Assembly (NCBI GenBank): GCA_008632985.1
Contig: QPGO01000002.1
Span: forward strand, 496,001-560,000
Reading direction: 5' to 3'
Source: Psammoneis japonica
Taxonomy: Eukaryota
Length of the DNA: 64,000 bases
Part shown: positions 26,268 through 38,941 of the stretch, one piece after another
How the letters are laid out: each line of letters begins with the position of its first letter
Position numbering within the stretch: the stretch's first letter is position 1
Position numbers and translations under genes: made by a program
The notes under the pieces: generated by a model
Told to the model about the DNA's origin: nothing
The model's database searches: none
Seen by the model: only the letters and a program-made list of their open reading frames with translations

Positions 26268-27771
26268 TCAAGCACGAGCAGCAGCTTCCTTAACTTGAGT
26301 TGGCACATCGACATTGAATCTACCCGCCAACTCGACGAGCGCACCCGCATAGAGTCGGCCAAACGTTTCGGAATTGACGAGTTGGTCGGCATCAAAAATG
26401 ATATTGCCGTATACATTCCCCGCATAACTAATCAAATCCACCTGTGTGATTAAATTATCAAAAAAGAGCTGTACACTCTTGGCAAGCTTTCCGGCAAAGA
26501 GACACTTGTTGGCAGGACCGGGAACATTGGTAAGCACCAAGGAATGTCGAGAAAAGGTATCAAACACTGTTTGTTGACCGACCGAGTTGGGGATGTACGG
26601 TCCGAGCTTGTTTTGCACCGTCAATTGCATAAAGGCACGAGGTTTCTCCTTCATTTCCTTTGCCTTTGCATGAACATGTTGCAATCGTTCCTCAATATCC
26701 GAATACCCGACACCCAAATCGCAGCTTACCATGCACCAACTATTTCTCATGGCGTTGGCCGGGTCATTTAGTTCCTCAGGGCTCCGGGGAAAACCAACAG
26801 GCAACAAGGCACGGCACTGAACCTTGGGACCCTTGGTCTCGAGTATTTGATCCTTTTCTGCTTTGCAATAGTCGTGAATCGCTTGACTCACGGCCGTCAT
26901 GAGTAAATCATTGACAGTCACATGTGCGGCTGTTTTGAGTTCCTTGATGAAATCCAAAGGAATCGTAGGAAACATGACGGCTTTTCGTTTGCCGCTGTGT
27001 TCAATTTGGAGTTGTTCATTTTGGAAAACGCAGTATCGTCATCGTATTTGGTGGCACCCAGCGTAAGAACGTGTCCCGTCGCCTCGATCAAGGACCATGC
27101 CATGGCAAAAACGTTCTTTTTGTTGTTCTTTTGCTTGCTATTGTTGGAAGAGGATACACCGCTCTGAAATGAAACCGGAGATACGATTGGCGATCCATCC
27201 TCATTTTTTAGAAACTTTTGAAAGGCTCCCACCAATGCCAATCCATCACCAATTACATGATGGATGCGAATGACACAGGCGGACGATCCAGAACCACTGT
27301 TGCGTACAATCAACATCTCCCACCAAGGCAAGTCGCCTCGTCCAGCTCCCAAAGTGTCTTGGCAATGCTCTACAATGGTTTGGTTTGTCAAGGTGTCGTC
27401 TCCATCAATGGTCAGCTCGCGTACTAGATCCATGGGCTGTACACCATCTTTATGAGTGCTGGGACGGCAGGTGCGATTTTCCAGGTCGGGTACCTGGATA
27501 ACCGCTCGTATGCCAGGAGAGGTTTGACGACCAGCTCTGCTACATTTTCTGCAGAAGGACAATCGTCAAAGTAAACCGCTGCATTGATGATGGGTTCCTT
27601 GACGTTGGCACTTGGTGGAAATGTACCAACACCCAAGCCGACCGACGTGAAGGAAAGGCGTCTTTCTTTTTTGGTTTTTCGGCCTTTGTTTCGAGAAATC
27701 AGCAGATAGGCTGCCGGTATGGCAAGAACAGCAGCAAGGGCTCCTGAAATCATGCCTGTTTCGCCAACCAT
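26268..27771 (-). CDS. Wax ester synthase/diacylglycerol acyltransferase (WS/DGAT), two 1-bp frameshifts
   Basis: Catalytic HHVIGDG, VTVNDLLM, LVLTNVPGP, ISYAG and an N-terminal TM segment. The frame is restored by adding one base at 27496-27497 and one at 27000-27001. Confidence 0.9.
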
Positions 27772-28238
27772 GTTGTTGAATGGTGCTGACCGTAGAAAAG
27801 GAATTTCTGACGTCAAATTTCCTATCTCAATCTGGTAATCACCGAAGTTCTGATTGATGAGAAACGAAGCACAGGTACGAGTTACGAGTAGTAGAGAATT
27901 GAAAGAACCCGAGAACTAAAACTTCTGACGTCGTCGCTGACCGCTGCTTTAAGGAAAATTCTTTTCAGCGACTTTGCCTTTAGAATGGAGGGAGGATCAA
28001 TACGATAGAATGGGCCAAGCGGCGGCGATGCAACATGTACAACGTCAACAACCAAAACGGTGTCATGCAGTCATGCCAAAATAATCCGAAGAAAAGATCC
28101 TGATATTTCCGGGTTTCTTGCCGTATCCACCCACCGTGCGCACCGCGCGTACCGCACTGCCTACCGTCAAGCCGTCGACCGCGCACCACATCAGTTTGAA
28201 GTTGCCTCATTTTTTTTTCGATCCTCGAGCAAAACACC

Positions 28239-29354
28239 ATGGCGCTCCTCGCAACAGCGCTCATTTGGATTCAAATTCTTGTCCATGTGGAATCCTTCTC
28301 GGTGTCACCTAAATCTATCCCATTATTAACACGCAACAGAGTTTCGCTCGGCATTGGCACATCAGTTACTGAAGAAACACAGTGGACGTTCCAAGGCCAC
28401 GACGTGTATGCCGAGGTGACGAGTCCGACTACAACAACGAAAAAGAAAAAGCCCACGGTGTTGTTGATTCATGGATTTGGCTGTTCCACAACGTATTGGC
28501 GGGAGTTGACTGCCCTCTTGGCTGCCGAGGGATACACTGTGAATGCCATTGACTTGTTGGGTCAAGGAAAGTCGGCAAAGCCTGGACGAAATGACGGTGT
28601 TGAGTATTCCATAAATTTGTGGGCACAACTTGTAGACAAGTATGCACAAGACAATATAGCAAGTAATGAAGATGTCGTGTTGATTGGAAACAGCTTGGGA
28701 AGTCTCGTGGCATTGTCTGCCGCCACGGGTGATTTTGTTAACGACTCCTCGTCAACGACAAGCAGCAGTTTGCGTCCTCGTGTCAAGGGGGTCGGCATGT
28801 ACAATTGTGGAGTTGGTCTCAACAGTAGAGGCATTGCCAACGAACCACAATTTGGTCCAGTCGAACGTTTTCTCATTAATGCTCTCTACGACGTTTTGGT
28901 TTTCTTTATTTTCGGCAATAAACTCTTGCTCGAGTACGTCCTTGGTGAGATTGTCACACGAGATTTATTGCGAAACGCGCTCAAGAATCTTTATATCAGC
29001 AAGCCTGAACGTGTCGATGATGACTTGGTTAATTCATTTTATCTCCCAGCAAAGGATAAAGGCGCAGTCGATGCGCTCAGTCAAATTTATGCCAACGATC
29101 CGGGAGCTACACCCATGGATCTTCATGCCAAGCACAGCGATATATTGACTGAGTTGCCAATGCACTTGGTGTGGGGAGAAAACGACGTGGTGACACCTGT
29201 GGATGGTGGAGTTGGACAATTTTACACAAATATGGCCCAGGAGCAGCTAAACGTATCCCTAGAAATGGTGCCACAGTGTGGGCATATTCCATTTGACGAC
29301 AACGATGTTCCAAGTAATGAGTCAATGCTGAAGTGGCTCGAGAGCTTGTCATAG
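28239..29354 (+). CDS. Alpha/beta hydrolase, probably plastid-targeted
   Basis: LIHGFG, AIDLLGQGKS, nucleophile motif GNSLG, VWGEND, CGHIPFDD. Signal peptide followed by ES-FSV. Confidence 0.9.
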   Translation: MALLATALIWIQILVHVESFSVSPKSIPLLTRNRVSLGIGTSVTEETQWTFQGHDVYAEVTSPTTTTKKKKPTVLLIHGFGCSTTYWRELTALLAAEGYTVNAIDLLGQGKSAKPGRNDGVEYSINLWAQLVDKYAQDNIASNEDVVLIGNSLGSLVALSAATGDFVNDSSSTTSSSLRPRVKGVGMYNCGVGLNSRGIANEPQFGPVERFLINALYDVLVFFIFGNKLLLEYVLGEIVTRDLLRNALKNLYISKPERVDDDLVNSFYLPAKDKGAVDALSQIYANDPGATPMDLHAKHSDILTELPMHLVWGENDVVTPVDGGVGQFYTNMAQEQLNVSLEMVPQCGHIPFDDNDVPSNESMLKWLESLS

Positions 29355-30126
29355 CGCTGCTCTATCTATACAGAGATCTGATCAATCGGATATACCCGTC
29401 TCAAAATGACAACACAACCTGAAGGTTAAAAACTCGTGGCCACGTTACCTCTACTCTCGCTAGAGATACCGTAGCCTCAGCCTTTCGGCGTATTTGTTTG
29501 CGTTACTTCAGATGTGTACTGTAGAGCATAAACAGAGATCGTAGGTCATAGGGCAATGATTCAAATAACGCTCTCTTGGCTGATAATAATGTAACGAAGA
29601 TAAAACTACCTAAGGTGGCGTAAATTCTAGTAGCTACTAGAGATCGAGATGCAAGTGTAGCTACAATACTGTAGGCCGATGAACGTTCTCCCCTTTTCGA
29701 AGACAGCCAGCTCCTCTTGCATCAGACACAGAGACAAAAAAACGACATGCCCTTTTTTGTTCGTCATTTCATGCTGTAAAAATCTACCGGTACCCAGTCG
29801 TGGGTATGACATTTTGAGTCGGGGATGACTAAGATCGGCCATCTGACGTTGTCCAGCCAACAAAGGATCTTGTTCAATGCCACGCGTTCGCGTTGGCTGA
29901 CACCACCCACCCAAAATCTGTTTTGATTGGTTAGCAGTCTCTGTGACATTGACAGGTAAACAATTATGAAGATAAATTTATAGAACGTTCCGTCTGACGG
30001 AAAGGCGGGAAGCGAAAATACACGATCGATTCACCGCACTTTTTGATCGGCAAACAATTCTGACGCCTTCTCGCCCTTTCTCGTGTCGCATATTTTTCAC
30101 GGGAGCGCGTTTGGAGAGGTTCGACC

Positions 30127-31050
30127 ATGGCTAGCTCTTTCAGATTGCTCGTCTCTGCTTGCGCTCTCGTGAGCAATGTGGCGTTGGGATTCGGCGGCCT
30201 TGGTGCCGATAGCTTTCACATGATTCAATCTGCCGTGTCATCGTTTGGTCATCACGCATCCTATGCACACCATGCGAGTTTGGTACACCATGCCTCTCAG
30301 CAACACTCTTCTCTGGCTCACCAAGCATCCGTTCAAGCCATGGATTTGCTCAACATGTACAAGAATCAACTGGCAGAACACCCACTTCCGACAAAAATGA
30401 TGACGGGAGCCACTTTGGCCGTTGCGGGGGATGCGATTGCTCAGTCCCAGGATCCGTCTGTTCCCTATGATAAGAAACGTGCTGCCTCGTTTGGTGTCTT
30501 TGATACGGCTTATCGGGCATTGCAACACTACAGTTTTCCTCTCTTGGTGCAACACTGCCACGGAACTCTTCTGGGTGGAGCCTTGGCTGCATTTGCTTTT
30601 TTGCCACACATTGATCAAAACTACTTGGCAGCCATGGAGCAAACGTTGGGTAGTCAATTGGGAATTGTGCCATTCTTGTACTATCCCGCCTTTTTCGCGC
30701 TTACGGCAGCAGTTCAGGGGCTCGACTTTGATGGGGCTGTCGTACGAGCCAAGGAAAACTTTCTTCCGCTCATGAAGCGCAACTTGCTCTTTTGGATCCC
30801 AGTGCAGTTTGTACAGTTTGCCTACATTCCGACCGACCTTCAAATCCCTTTCTTGTCGGCGTGCGGATTGGCATGGACCTTTATTCTGTCTGTCTATGCT
30901 GGATCTGCCAAGAGCTACGAAGCGAAGCAGCAATCAGAGCTTGCTGACCCCGCTGAAGAAATGATGGCCTTCAACGCAGAGGATGGTGCTGAGGACGTGG
31001 TGGTGGAGTCACCTCAAGTGCTAGAGCCAGCGACCAACCCGGTTAGATAA
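30127..31050 (+). CDS. Mpv17/PMP22 family membrane protein with His-rich N-terminal extension
   Basis: LAEHPLPTKMMTGATLAVAGDAIAQ, YDKKRAASF, NLLFWIPVQFVQFAYIP. Confidence 0.9.
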   Translation: MASSFRLLVSACALVSNVALGFGGLGADSFHMIQSAVSSFGHHASYAHHASLVHHASQQHSSLAHQASVQAMDLLNMYKNQLAEHPLPTKMMTGATLAVAGDAIAQSQDPSVPYDKKRAASFGVFDTAYRALQHYSFPLLVQHCHGTLLGGALAAFAFLPHIDQNYLAAMEQTLGSQLGIVPFLYYPAFFALTAAVQGLDFDGAVVRAKENFLPLMKRNLLFWIPVQFVQFAYIPTDLQIPFLSACGLAWTFILSVYAGSAKSYEAKQQSELADPAEEMMAFNAEDGAEDVVVESPQVLEPATNPVR

Positions 31051-31755
31051 ACGAGTTGATGGTGCAACCAGCTAGAGCTAGAGACTAGTACAGTGAAAGA
31101 TCATGGTCGCGCGAACCAAATAGAAATGCTAAGCTTGCTATAACAGAGAACTATTTTGCTATTAATCGTCGGTGCTTGTGGTCTCTGTATCAAGATTCGA
31201 TTATGTAGATGAACGAGTGAGTCAGCCATCAACAACTCTGATCTTCCCAAGCCTGAAACTATGGCTTGATCGTCCCGACCATTTCAAGGGTTGCGAAGTC
31301 TGCGGCTTTTCCATTCTAGCAGTAGCACTCATGGTGTCGTGAATGAATGCGGCGAAGCAAAGTAGCGGTTGATAGAAGAAGAGCTACCTAAGATTCATAA
31401 TGGTTAATTCAAATTGGGAAAAAGATTGGACACTTTGATAAGAGCAGTGGGGCTCTTAAAAGAGAGCTTTGCTTTGAGGGTACATTTCGGATAAGAACGC
31501 TTCTTGAAGCGAGAGCTTCGCAGTTTTCATTACGATTCACATCAAGCGTCGAAGGTAGAATTTCGTTGGCGGGATACAGCGTGAAAATATTTTAATTTGT
31601 ATGTACGTCAGAATCCAACGAGAAGGTTCGTCTCTAGATGTATGGTGCCCCCTAAAACGTATTCTAATAGAAGTTAACTGCAAAGAGTGGCTCATATGAG
31701 AACCACAACAGTTACTACAAATCTGCTCTGGTGCGAAATTGATAATGTACGTAGG

Positions 31756-33636
31756 CTAGGTCGAAATCACATCGACGGATTTGGATCGTGCATGCACCGG
31801 ATCCCCATTGGATGATTCATTGATTTCCAGTAGACCTTCAATGTCATCCATGCTGCCGTCATGGGGAAATGCATTGCCCACGGTTTGGCGCATGGAAGGC
31901 GGACTGGAACCCAAACGCTTGTGAGTGGGGAAACTACCCGGCGGTAGCGGCGAACTAGAACGAGGCGTAGCCGACATGGGCGTGGCACCAATGCTCTTGA
32001 CAACGCCCTCGACAAAGGAGCATCCCGTCGACTGCGCAATAACTTCTCGTGACTCTCGATCGGCAGAATTGCGTCGTGCCGCCTTTTCCATGAGTCCCGA
32101 GACATCGAGTGGCATGGCGTTGCGGAGTTTGGCATCTGCAATCAATTGCTGCTGTGCTAGCTCGTGCGCAGCTCGGAGAGCAGTGAGCTTGGTTTCAAAT
32201 GTTCGACTCAATTTCTCTAATTCATCTTGAAAGATTTCGTCGTGAGCCAAGGCTGGGTCTACCTCGAGTGGCTTTGGAGGCAGATACTGGTCACTGTCGG
32301 GAGAAAATCGGTACACTCCGCCAGTCAAGGATGGCGGTATTGTGGAAGTACCGACTCGACGATCTGCTTCTCCATTCTGAACGCCATTCGTTGCGTTTGA
32401 TCTGTCGTTCATGGCAACTCCATTGACTCCTGAGCCCCGCCTCTTTTCACGATTCGTAGCTGCAACCGTTCCAAAGTCCCCCAAGTCTTCACTGGGCGCT
32501 GAAAGTGGGGATGTACCATCCGACGACCCTCCAGATTCGTCTCGGGATTCAATGCCAGATGGCCCCACAATTTGCTGTCGGCCCTGCAACTCCTTTTCTC
32601 GCTCCTTCATCATGGCATCGCGCTTGCGTCTCATTCGTCCCATAAAATTGACAAGCGCAGGAAGGCCGGGTGGTCGTCGAGACGAATCAATGGATCGTGC
32701 GTACCGACTCTGCACGCCTCCAAAGCCCTTGCCACCTCGTGCAGCCGGAGACATGGTTCCGGTTCTATGCAAGGCTCGAAGGGCTATAACTTCTTGCTTG
32801 ACAAAAGGGTGGCTGGATAGCAATGCGCTGTCGTGTCGTTGACTGGGATCTTTCTGACAACAGCATCTTACAAAGTCAAGCATCTCTGGAGACCAACTAT
32901 CAGGATCGGCCAGGGTCGGTGCAGGCTTGGTCGGAATGACAAAAATGGCTCGAAGAGGATTCAAATTCGCGTGGGGTGGTGCCCCCTCTGCCATTTCAAT
33001 CGTAGTGATACCAAGAGACCACACATCCGCTCGTCCGTCGTAGTTTGATTCACGGATAACCTCGGGTGCCATCCAGAACGGACTACCCACAACGGTCTTG
33101 CGCTTGTTGAGAGTGTTTGTAAGTTCCGCAGCCACACCAAAATCTGCAAGCTTGACATGGCCGTCACTCGTAAGAAGGACATTCCCACACTTGATATCAC
33201 GGTGGCATACACTCGCCACACCATGCAGATATTCTAGTCCCAACACTATACTAGCACACGCCGCTCGGATGCAATCTTCTGGCATGATAAATCCAGCTCC
33301 ACCACCGGCTTCAATCAAATCACTCATACTTCCACCCTCACAGTATTCCATAACAATCCACATTTCCGGCGCATCCAGTCTCTTTACCGGAGGTTTAATG
33401 AAACACTCAAAGTACCCAACCACAAAGGGCGAATCACACCGACTCAGGATATCAATTTCGTCCATGATTTTATCAGACTCATTATCTCCGTCGTTGCTAC
33501 TAATATTGGGAGCATTGGGAATAACCTTTACTGCAACAACCGCTCCCGATCCTCGGTGTTTTGCTCTGTATACAGAGCCAAAGGAACCTTCACCGAGCAA
33601 GGCTGAGATTTCCAACTCCTCGGAACGATCCGACAT
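31756..33636 (-). CDS. STE20/MST-family Ser/Thr protein kinase (start could be upstream at 33759)
   Basis: LGEGSFGSV, VAVK, HRDIKCGN, DFG and the STE20 signature KRKTVVGSPFWMAPE. C-terminal coiled coil. Confidence 0.93.
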   Translation of the reverse strand: MSDRSEELEISALLGEGSFGSVYRAKHRGSGAVVAVKVIPNAPNISSNDGDNESDKIMDEIDILSRCDSPFVVGYFECFIKPPVKRLDAPEMWIVMEYCEGGSMSDLIEAGGGAGFIMPEDCIRAACASIVLGLEYLHGVASVCHRDIKCGNVLLTSDGHVKLADFGVAAELTNTLNKRKTVVGSPFWMAPEVIRESNYDGRADVWSLGITTIEMAEGAPPHANLNPLRAIFVIPTKPAPTLADPDSWSPEMLDFVRCCCQKDPSQRHDSALLSSHPFVKQEVIALRALHRTGTMSPAARGGKGFGGVQSRYARSIDSSRRPPGLPALVNFMGRMRRKRDAMMKEREKELQGRQQIVGPSGIESRDESGGSSDGTSPLSAPSEDLGDFGTVAATNREKRRGSGVNGVAMNDRSNATNGVQNGEADRRVGTSTIPPSLTGGVYRFSPDSDQYLPPKPLEVDPALAHDEIFQDELEKLSRTFETKLTALRAAHELAQQQLIADAKLRNAMPLDVSGLMEKAARRNSADRESREVIAQSTGCSFVEGVVKSIGATPMSATPRSSSPLPPGSFPTHKRLGSSPPSMRQTVGNAFPHDGSMDDIEGLLEINESSNGDPVHARSKSVDVIST

Positions 33637-34769
33637 GGTCTGTGGCAAGAATGGAGTTTTGGGTAAAAAATCATTACGAGGAATGGTGAGTATCGCCTCA
33701 TCGTCGCTGTAATCATACGCAGGTACAACCATGAACGAGTCTCGCAAGTAGTGGTGCATGATGTAGTGATGGTATGATAATTTATGAGAACACACGAACA
33801 AAAACACACAAAGCGGTCCTGCAAAAAACAAACGTGGCGAACCTTTGTTGTATCACTTTTGGTGCAAAATAGTCTTTTCTCTCAGTCCCACTGTACTATG
33901 GTGCGTTGAAAAAGGCTTACGCGATTCAAAACACGAGCAACTTCTTCACAGAGTGGTCACGGAAACACAAGAAGGTGCTTCTTGTGCAGAAAATCCAAAG
34001 AAACTTCCAGGATTCCGTTTCGGACCATACTTTGTGATTCAAAATCTTTCAAAAACATAGGAATCTGGAATCTCAAAATCAAAAAACTTATGAAAACTCC
34101 AAGCAAAACCAAAGCACGGGAGAACAGCACAGCACAAACATCAAGAACATTCGCGAGTCTGACAACGCAATCTGAAAAGGATTTTTCTACAAAAGCATCA
34201 TGTGAAGGATCCAATCACGCACCATGGTAGCTTTTCTATTTGAGCATTGTCCTCCAATAGGAGCGACGGGAGAAACACAACATCAACGTCAAGTGACAAG
34301 GATGCCACGAGAATGTTCGCTACAAATCGTTATCGACGTCGCGGAATGAGCATGTACGACAGATTCTGTAGATTTGTACAGTACTGCCTTATGACCGTTA
34401 AGTCAATTGAATACTTTCTATACTTTTAATTGTATATATAAACAGCTAATTAACGAGTCCTCAACGACTGTCCCTAAGTAACTAAATCGCTAAATTTAAA
34501 AATGCCAGTGTCCAGTCATCGCCCTCACTTTTTCCGGCATCTTCCGCGATCGATCGGCTTCTCGCGATCAACGGGCCCTACTCAATGCGACTCCTCCCTC
34601 AATGCGTTCGACTCGCCAGAGACTCTTGCCGCACTTCTAAAAACAACAAAGAATGGAGCCCATGATGTGGCTGAGGTTCTAAAAACAAAGAAGAAATGAC
34701 TGCTGAGACTTTGCTTTAGTTTGTGTTTCGCACTTTTCGTGCACAAGCGTTCTTAATTGCGCCTATTCG

Positions 34770-36990
34770 TTACTCATAAATCGGGCAGAAGGTTCCCATT
34801 CCGGACTCACAAAATGCCCCAGGATCATTGTATCTCCGGTTGAGGTTGAGATTATCAATCTTCTTCATGTCGGACGCAGTCAAGTAAAAGTCAAAAATGT
34901 TGCGATTCTCATGCATTCGAGACGGCGTGCACGTTTTACAGAGTGGTTGAGTGTTTCGTTGAAGCGCCCAACGCAGCAAGATTTGAGCCGGTGTCTTGCG
35001 TTTTTCTTGCGCAAGCGTGACAAGAACTTGGTCTTGAATCAAGAGATCCGTCGGTTTGGCCATGTCGAGTTCAATGTAGGAGGAAGCCCCCAAGGCAGAA
35101 AAGGCAGTCACGTCCATTCCCGCGTCCCGAGCAAAGCGTAAAAGATGACCTTGAGAATTGTGAGGATGCATCTCTAGCTGAAGAGTACTCGGGCGAATGC
35201 GACATGTGGACAAGAGCTGTCTTAGCAATTGGGTGCCGAAATTGCAAACTCCGATCCGCTTCACGAGTCCGTTGTCAACCAGATCCTCCATGGCTTTCCA
35301 TGTTTTACAAATGTCGTTGGGTACAAGCACCATTTTGCCATCCATGTTGGTCCATTCTGGTGGATACTTCTTCTCAATAGGCACGTATTCCATTGCAATT
35401 GGAAAATGAATGAGGTACTCGTCCAGATAGGTCAGGCCCAAATCGGACAAGGATCGGTCCAATGCCATTGGAACATGCTGCGGATCGTGGTAGGTATTCC
35501 ATAGTTTGCTTTTGATGAATAAGTCTTGACGAGAGCACAAGCCATCCAGCAGTGCTCTGGCTATCCCTTGTCCAACTTCTACTTCGTTTCCGTAATCGCA
35601 AGCACAGTCGAGACGTCTGTACCCGGCTTCAATGGCACGATAGCACACCTCTGCACAGTCCTCCTTTGGTACCTTCCAAAATCCAAAGACGAGGGGGTCG
35701 GCGGGTGATTTTGGCTGGTAGTAAGAAGGGGGACGGGCTCCAATCGCAACGCCGTTTGGAGGTTGTGCATTAATGATCTCGTCTTGAGGACCGCCCCAAA
35801 TGGAAGCAAGGACACGACGCTTTCCAACAAATGGATTCCGACTGTGCATGACTAGGCGATTGTTCAATGCCATAACATCACCCTGTTGCCAAGAGTACAG
35901 GGTCCTGTGTTCTTGCATAAAGTCGGCGATCCCCTGTAGCACGTCTTCTGGCATACGATCGCCATTGCCAAAACGCAACGCGTCGTGACGATCATTGCGA
36001 CTATCAACCCATCCCAAAAAGGCAGCTACAATGGAGTTAGCAAAAGTCCACTGATAAATTTGATTCTGGGCGTGGTCAGTCACTAGACGAACGGCTGGCA
36101 CTGCTTCAGATGTGACCCGAACTGATCCGTCGGGCTGCCACACCCAGGAGCAGCCATCAATTTTACCTAGCTTCTCCTCGAGCTCTTCCTTGCATGAGAC
36201 ATGCCAAACGTTCTTGTAGGAGCGCCCAATTGGAGAAGACTGAAAAGTAGAGAAGAGATCCAGAGGTTGAGATACGATTTCACTGCCGGTATCTGGAAAG
36301 GCATTAGAGAAGTGAACCGTATCATACTCACGGGATCGTCCTCTGGAGGAATGGTACGAAGATATCTTGCTCCTATTATAACATCAGAATAACGTGTTTG
36401 AGTCGATCACACATCAGATCCATAAAATTCATCATTCTTGAGACATACCGTGCTCCTTCAGCTTTTCAATAAAGGAAGGGTAGGCTTCGTTGGCGAACCG
36501 GAAAACTGCAGTTGAATCAATGATTGGAGTCTGACCACCTTCCTCTGCCGGCGTGTCACAGTAGAAGAAAATGTACTCGGCTGGAGAAGAGCAGCACAAA
36601 ATAAGTTATGCGTTATATTCACTGCTTAGTTGGCAAATCAATATCATGCTCATACGACAACTTACGAGGATTCGGACACTGCGCCAACTCGTGGTGGAAA
36701 GGAATAGGCTGATCCGGAGGACTTTCGTTGGCGGTAAAGATGATATTCTCCCCAGCCGCAACCGGAATCACTTTTCGAGGAGCCGCACCACCCACGTAAG
36801 GATAGGATTTGAGCTTCAGCTTTACAAGGAAGTCTCCAAACTCTTCAACATCCAAGCAGGTTGGGCTCTGAAAAAGCAGTGCCTTGTGACAATCCAGCAA
36901 ATCTACAAAAGATCGGGGTTCGAGCGGCTCGGACACATCAAAGGGCTTGGCACCGGGACCTTCCAGGAGTGGAGTGGCAATGAGCTTCAT
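34770..36990 (-). CDS. Fusion of a clavaminate-synthase-like (TauD family) dioxygenase and an aldo-keto reductase (xylose reductase-like)
   Basis: N-terminal half: YVGGAAPR, PFHHELAQ, FFYCDTPAEEGGQTP, WQQGDVMALNNRLVMHSR. The same open frame continues into LDCACDYGNE, SKLWN, YLIHFP, IGVCNF and AQILLRWALQR. About 3 introns between 36240 and 36670. Confidence 0.88.
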
Positions 36991-37304
36991 GGTATACGGC
37001 TATCTCCATACGTCTTAAGAATTGTGGTCCCTTGCTATTGAATCCGTCAACACTTTTGTTGACACCAAAATTCTATAAGTGGCCAGAAGTGGCGTCATGA
37101 AAATGAATGGCGATTTCAAGTGTTTCGTAGATTCTACGTGATGTTTTGTACCAGACGGGTGGTGTCACAAAATTCCAAAATGTGGCCTCGCAGTGTCTCG
37201 AAAAATTCTCGAGCAAACGAGAAAGCATGCAGCTACACCGCCTTCTCTCATTTTTTGTCACATCCCTGCCAGGCAAGGAGCATCAAGAAGTTTCTTTCTT
37301 AAGG

Positions 37305-38796
37305 ATGGCTCCGAATCAAGGGCAGTTCGCTGATCCTCTCGAGGAGTTTGGTCACAATGGTACTAGTGTAGCGATTCTCGGGTGCGGGATGATGGGCCAG
37401 GAACACATTTCCTACATTTCTGGCTTCCCTGAACTGCAAATAGATTATCTCTGCGATCCACATGAGCCCTCATTGGATAAATCAATGCGAATTATGAAGG
37501 AATTCAATCCTCAGCAGGCTGTAAAAAGTCCACCAATGTTGTTGCGAAAGGAACAAGATCTACTCGATTACGCCAATGAACTTGACTTGCTTGTAATTGC
37601 AACTCCAAATTATCTTCACACAAATGCAATTCTTGAATGGGGTAAACGGGATTTGACAATTCTGGTTGAGAAACCAGTTGCGGTTTCTAAGGAGCAACTG
37701 AACACATTGAGAGAGTTTAGGGATCACCCCGATTTCATTGCGCGAGTGTGGGTGGCGATGGAGTATCGCTTCATTCCCGCAGTCGCTAAACTTCTGTCGC
37801 TTCTTCCCTCTATCGGTGATCTAAAAATGGTAAGATGTGCTTGCTCATTTTGTTGGTCATGGTACTTTGCTGCAACTTTGCTAACCTCCCACGTCGCCAC
37901 ATGTCCATGTTACGCCTCGTATCTTTAGGTTACAATTCGAGAAAACCGCTACCCGTTCCTCCATAAGATTGGAGCCTGGAACCGAGACCCAGCCAAGACT
38001 GGCGATACCCTTGTTGAGAAGTGCTGTCACTTTTTTGACCTCTTCCGGCTTATAACCGGCCTTGAAGTTTCCAAGCGAGGGGTACGTGCCGTGGCGCAAC
38101 GAGGCCTGAACTATCGCCATGAACAAAATCAAGAACAGTTTGGCGAACGTCCAATAATCGACTCCGCCTATGTCATTATGCCTTTCAAGAACGAAAGCGA
38201 CACTGGCGAAACCAGCCACCTCAAGTTGGACAAGAGCAACGGGGTTATTGGCTGCTTGGAACTCTGTATGTATGCGGAAGGCAGCAGATTCCAAGAAGAA
38301 GTGATTGTCACAGGAGCAAATGTACGTTGACATCAGCATGCTTGACGTCCGTCGCCAGAAGGTGGCACCTCACCAAACTCCATTATTGACTTTTTTTCGG
38401 TTACAGGGTCGTTTAGAGGCATACCTGCCAGAGAACAAAGTATTTGCATTCAAGAGGCCTGATACGACAGAGTGGCGCGATCGCCGTGTCCCGCCGCCTC
38501 GTGAATCGATTGAACGTCAAGTTTATGATTGCTCGAACGTGAAAGACACTCATGGGATTGACCAAGGCACAGACATGCCCACTCACGCGGGGTATCACTA
38601 CAGCAGTACGGCTGTAGAATGGTTCGAACTGCTGGCAGCCATGAACGACTTTGAACAAACGGGAATTTGGAAGCCTCAAGTTAGCTTGGAAGATGGTCTC
38701 CGAGCTGTTGAGATTGGGATTGAAGCCACCCGAGCTATTGTGAACGAAAAGAATGAGGATTATCTGATGCGCACGCACAGCTCGCCCATTTCATAA
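37305..38796 (+). CDS. Gfo/Idh/MocA family oxidoreductase (inositol 2-dehydrogenase-like), 3 exons
   Basis: ILGCGMMG, IATPNYLH, LVEKPV, EYRF, GDTLVEKCCHFFDL. Introns at about 37830-37929 and 38323-38407. Confidence 0.9.
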
Positions 38797-38941
38797 TTCC
38801 TGAGTCCTGCTCGAATGCATTCAGACAGGCGGGTTAATCTTTTTGTTAGATAAATTAGATTGCTAACCGCCATATTCTGTATTGTACAGCCCACGAAGAG
38901 CAAAAATCGGTGATGTTCTCTTACCTCTGAAGAGGAAGTTG

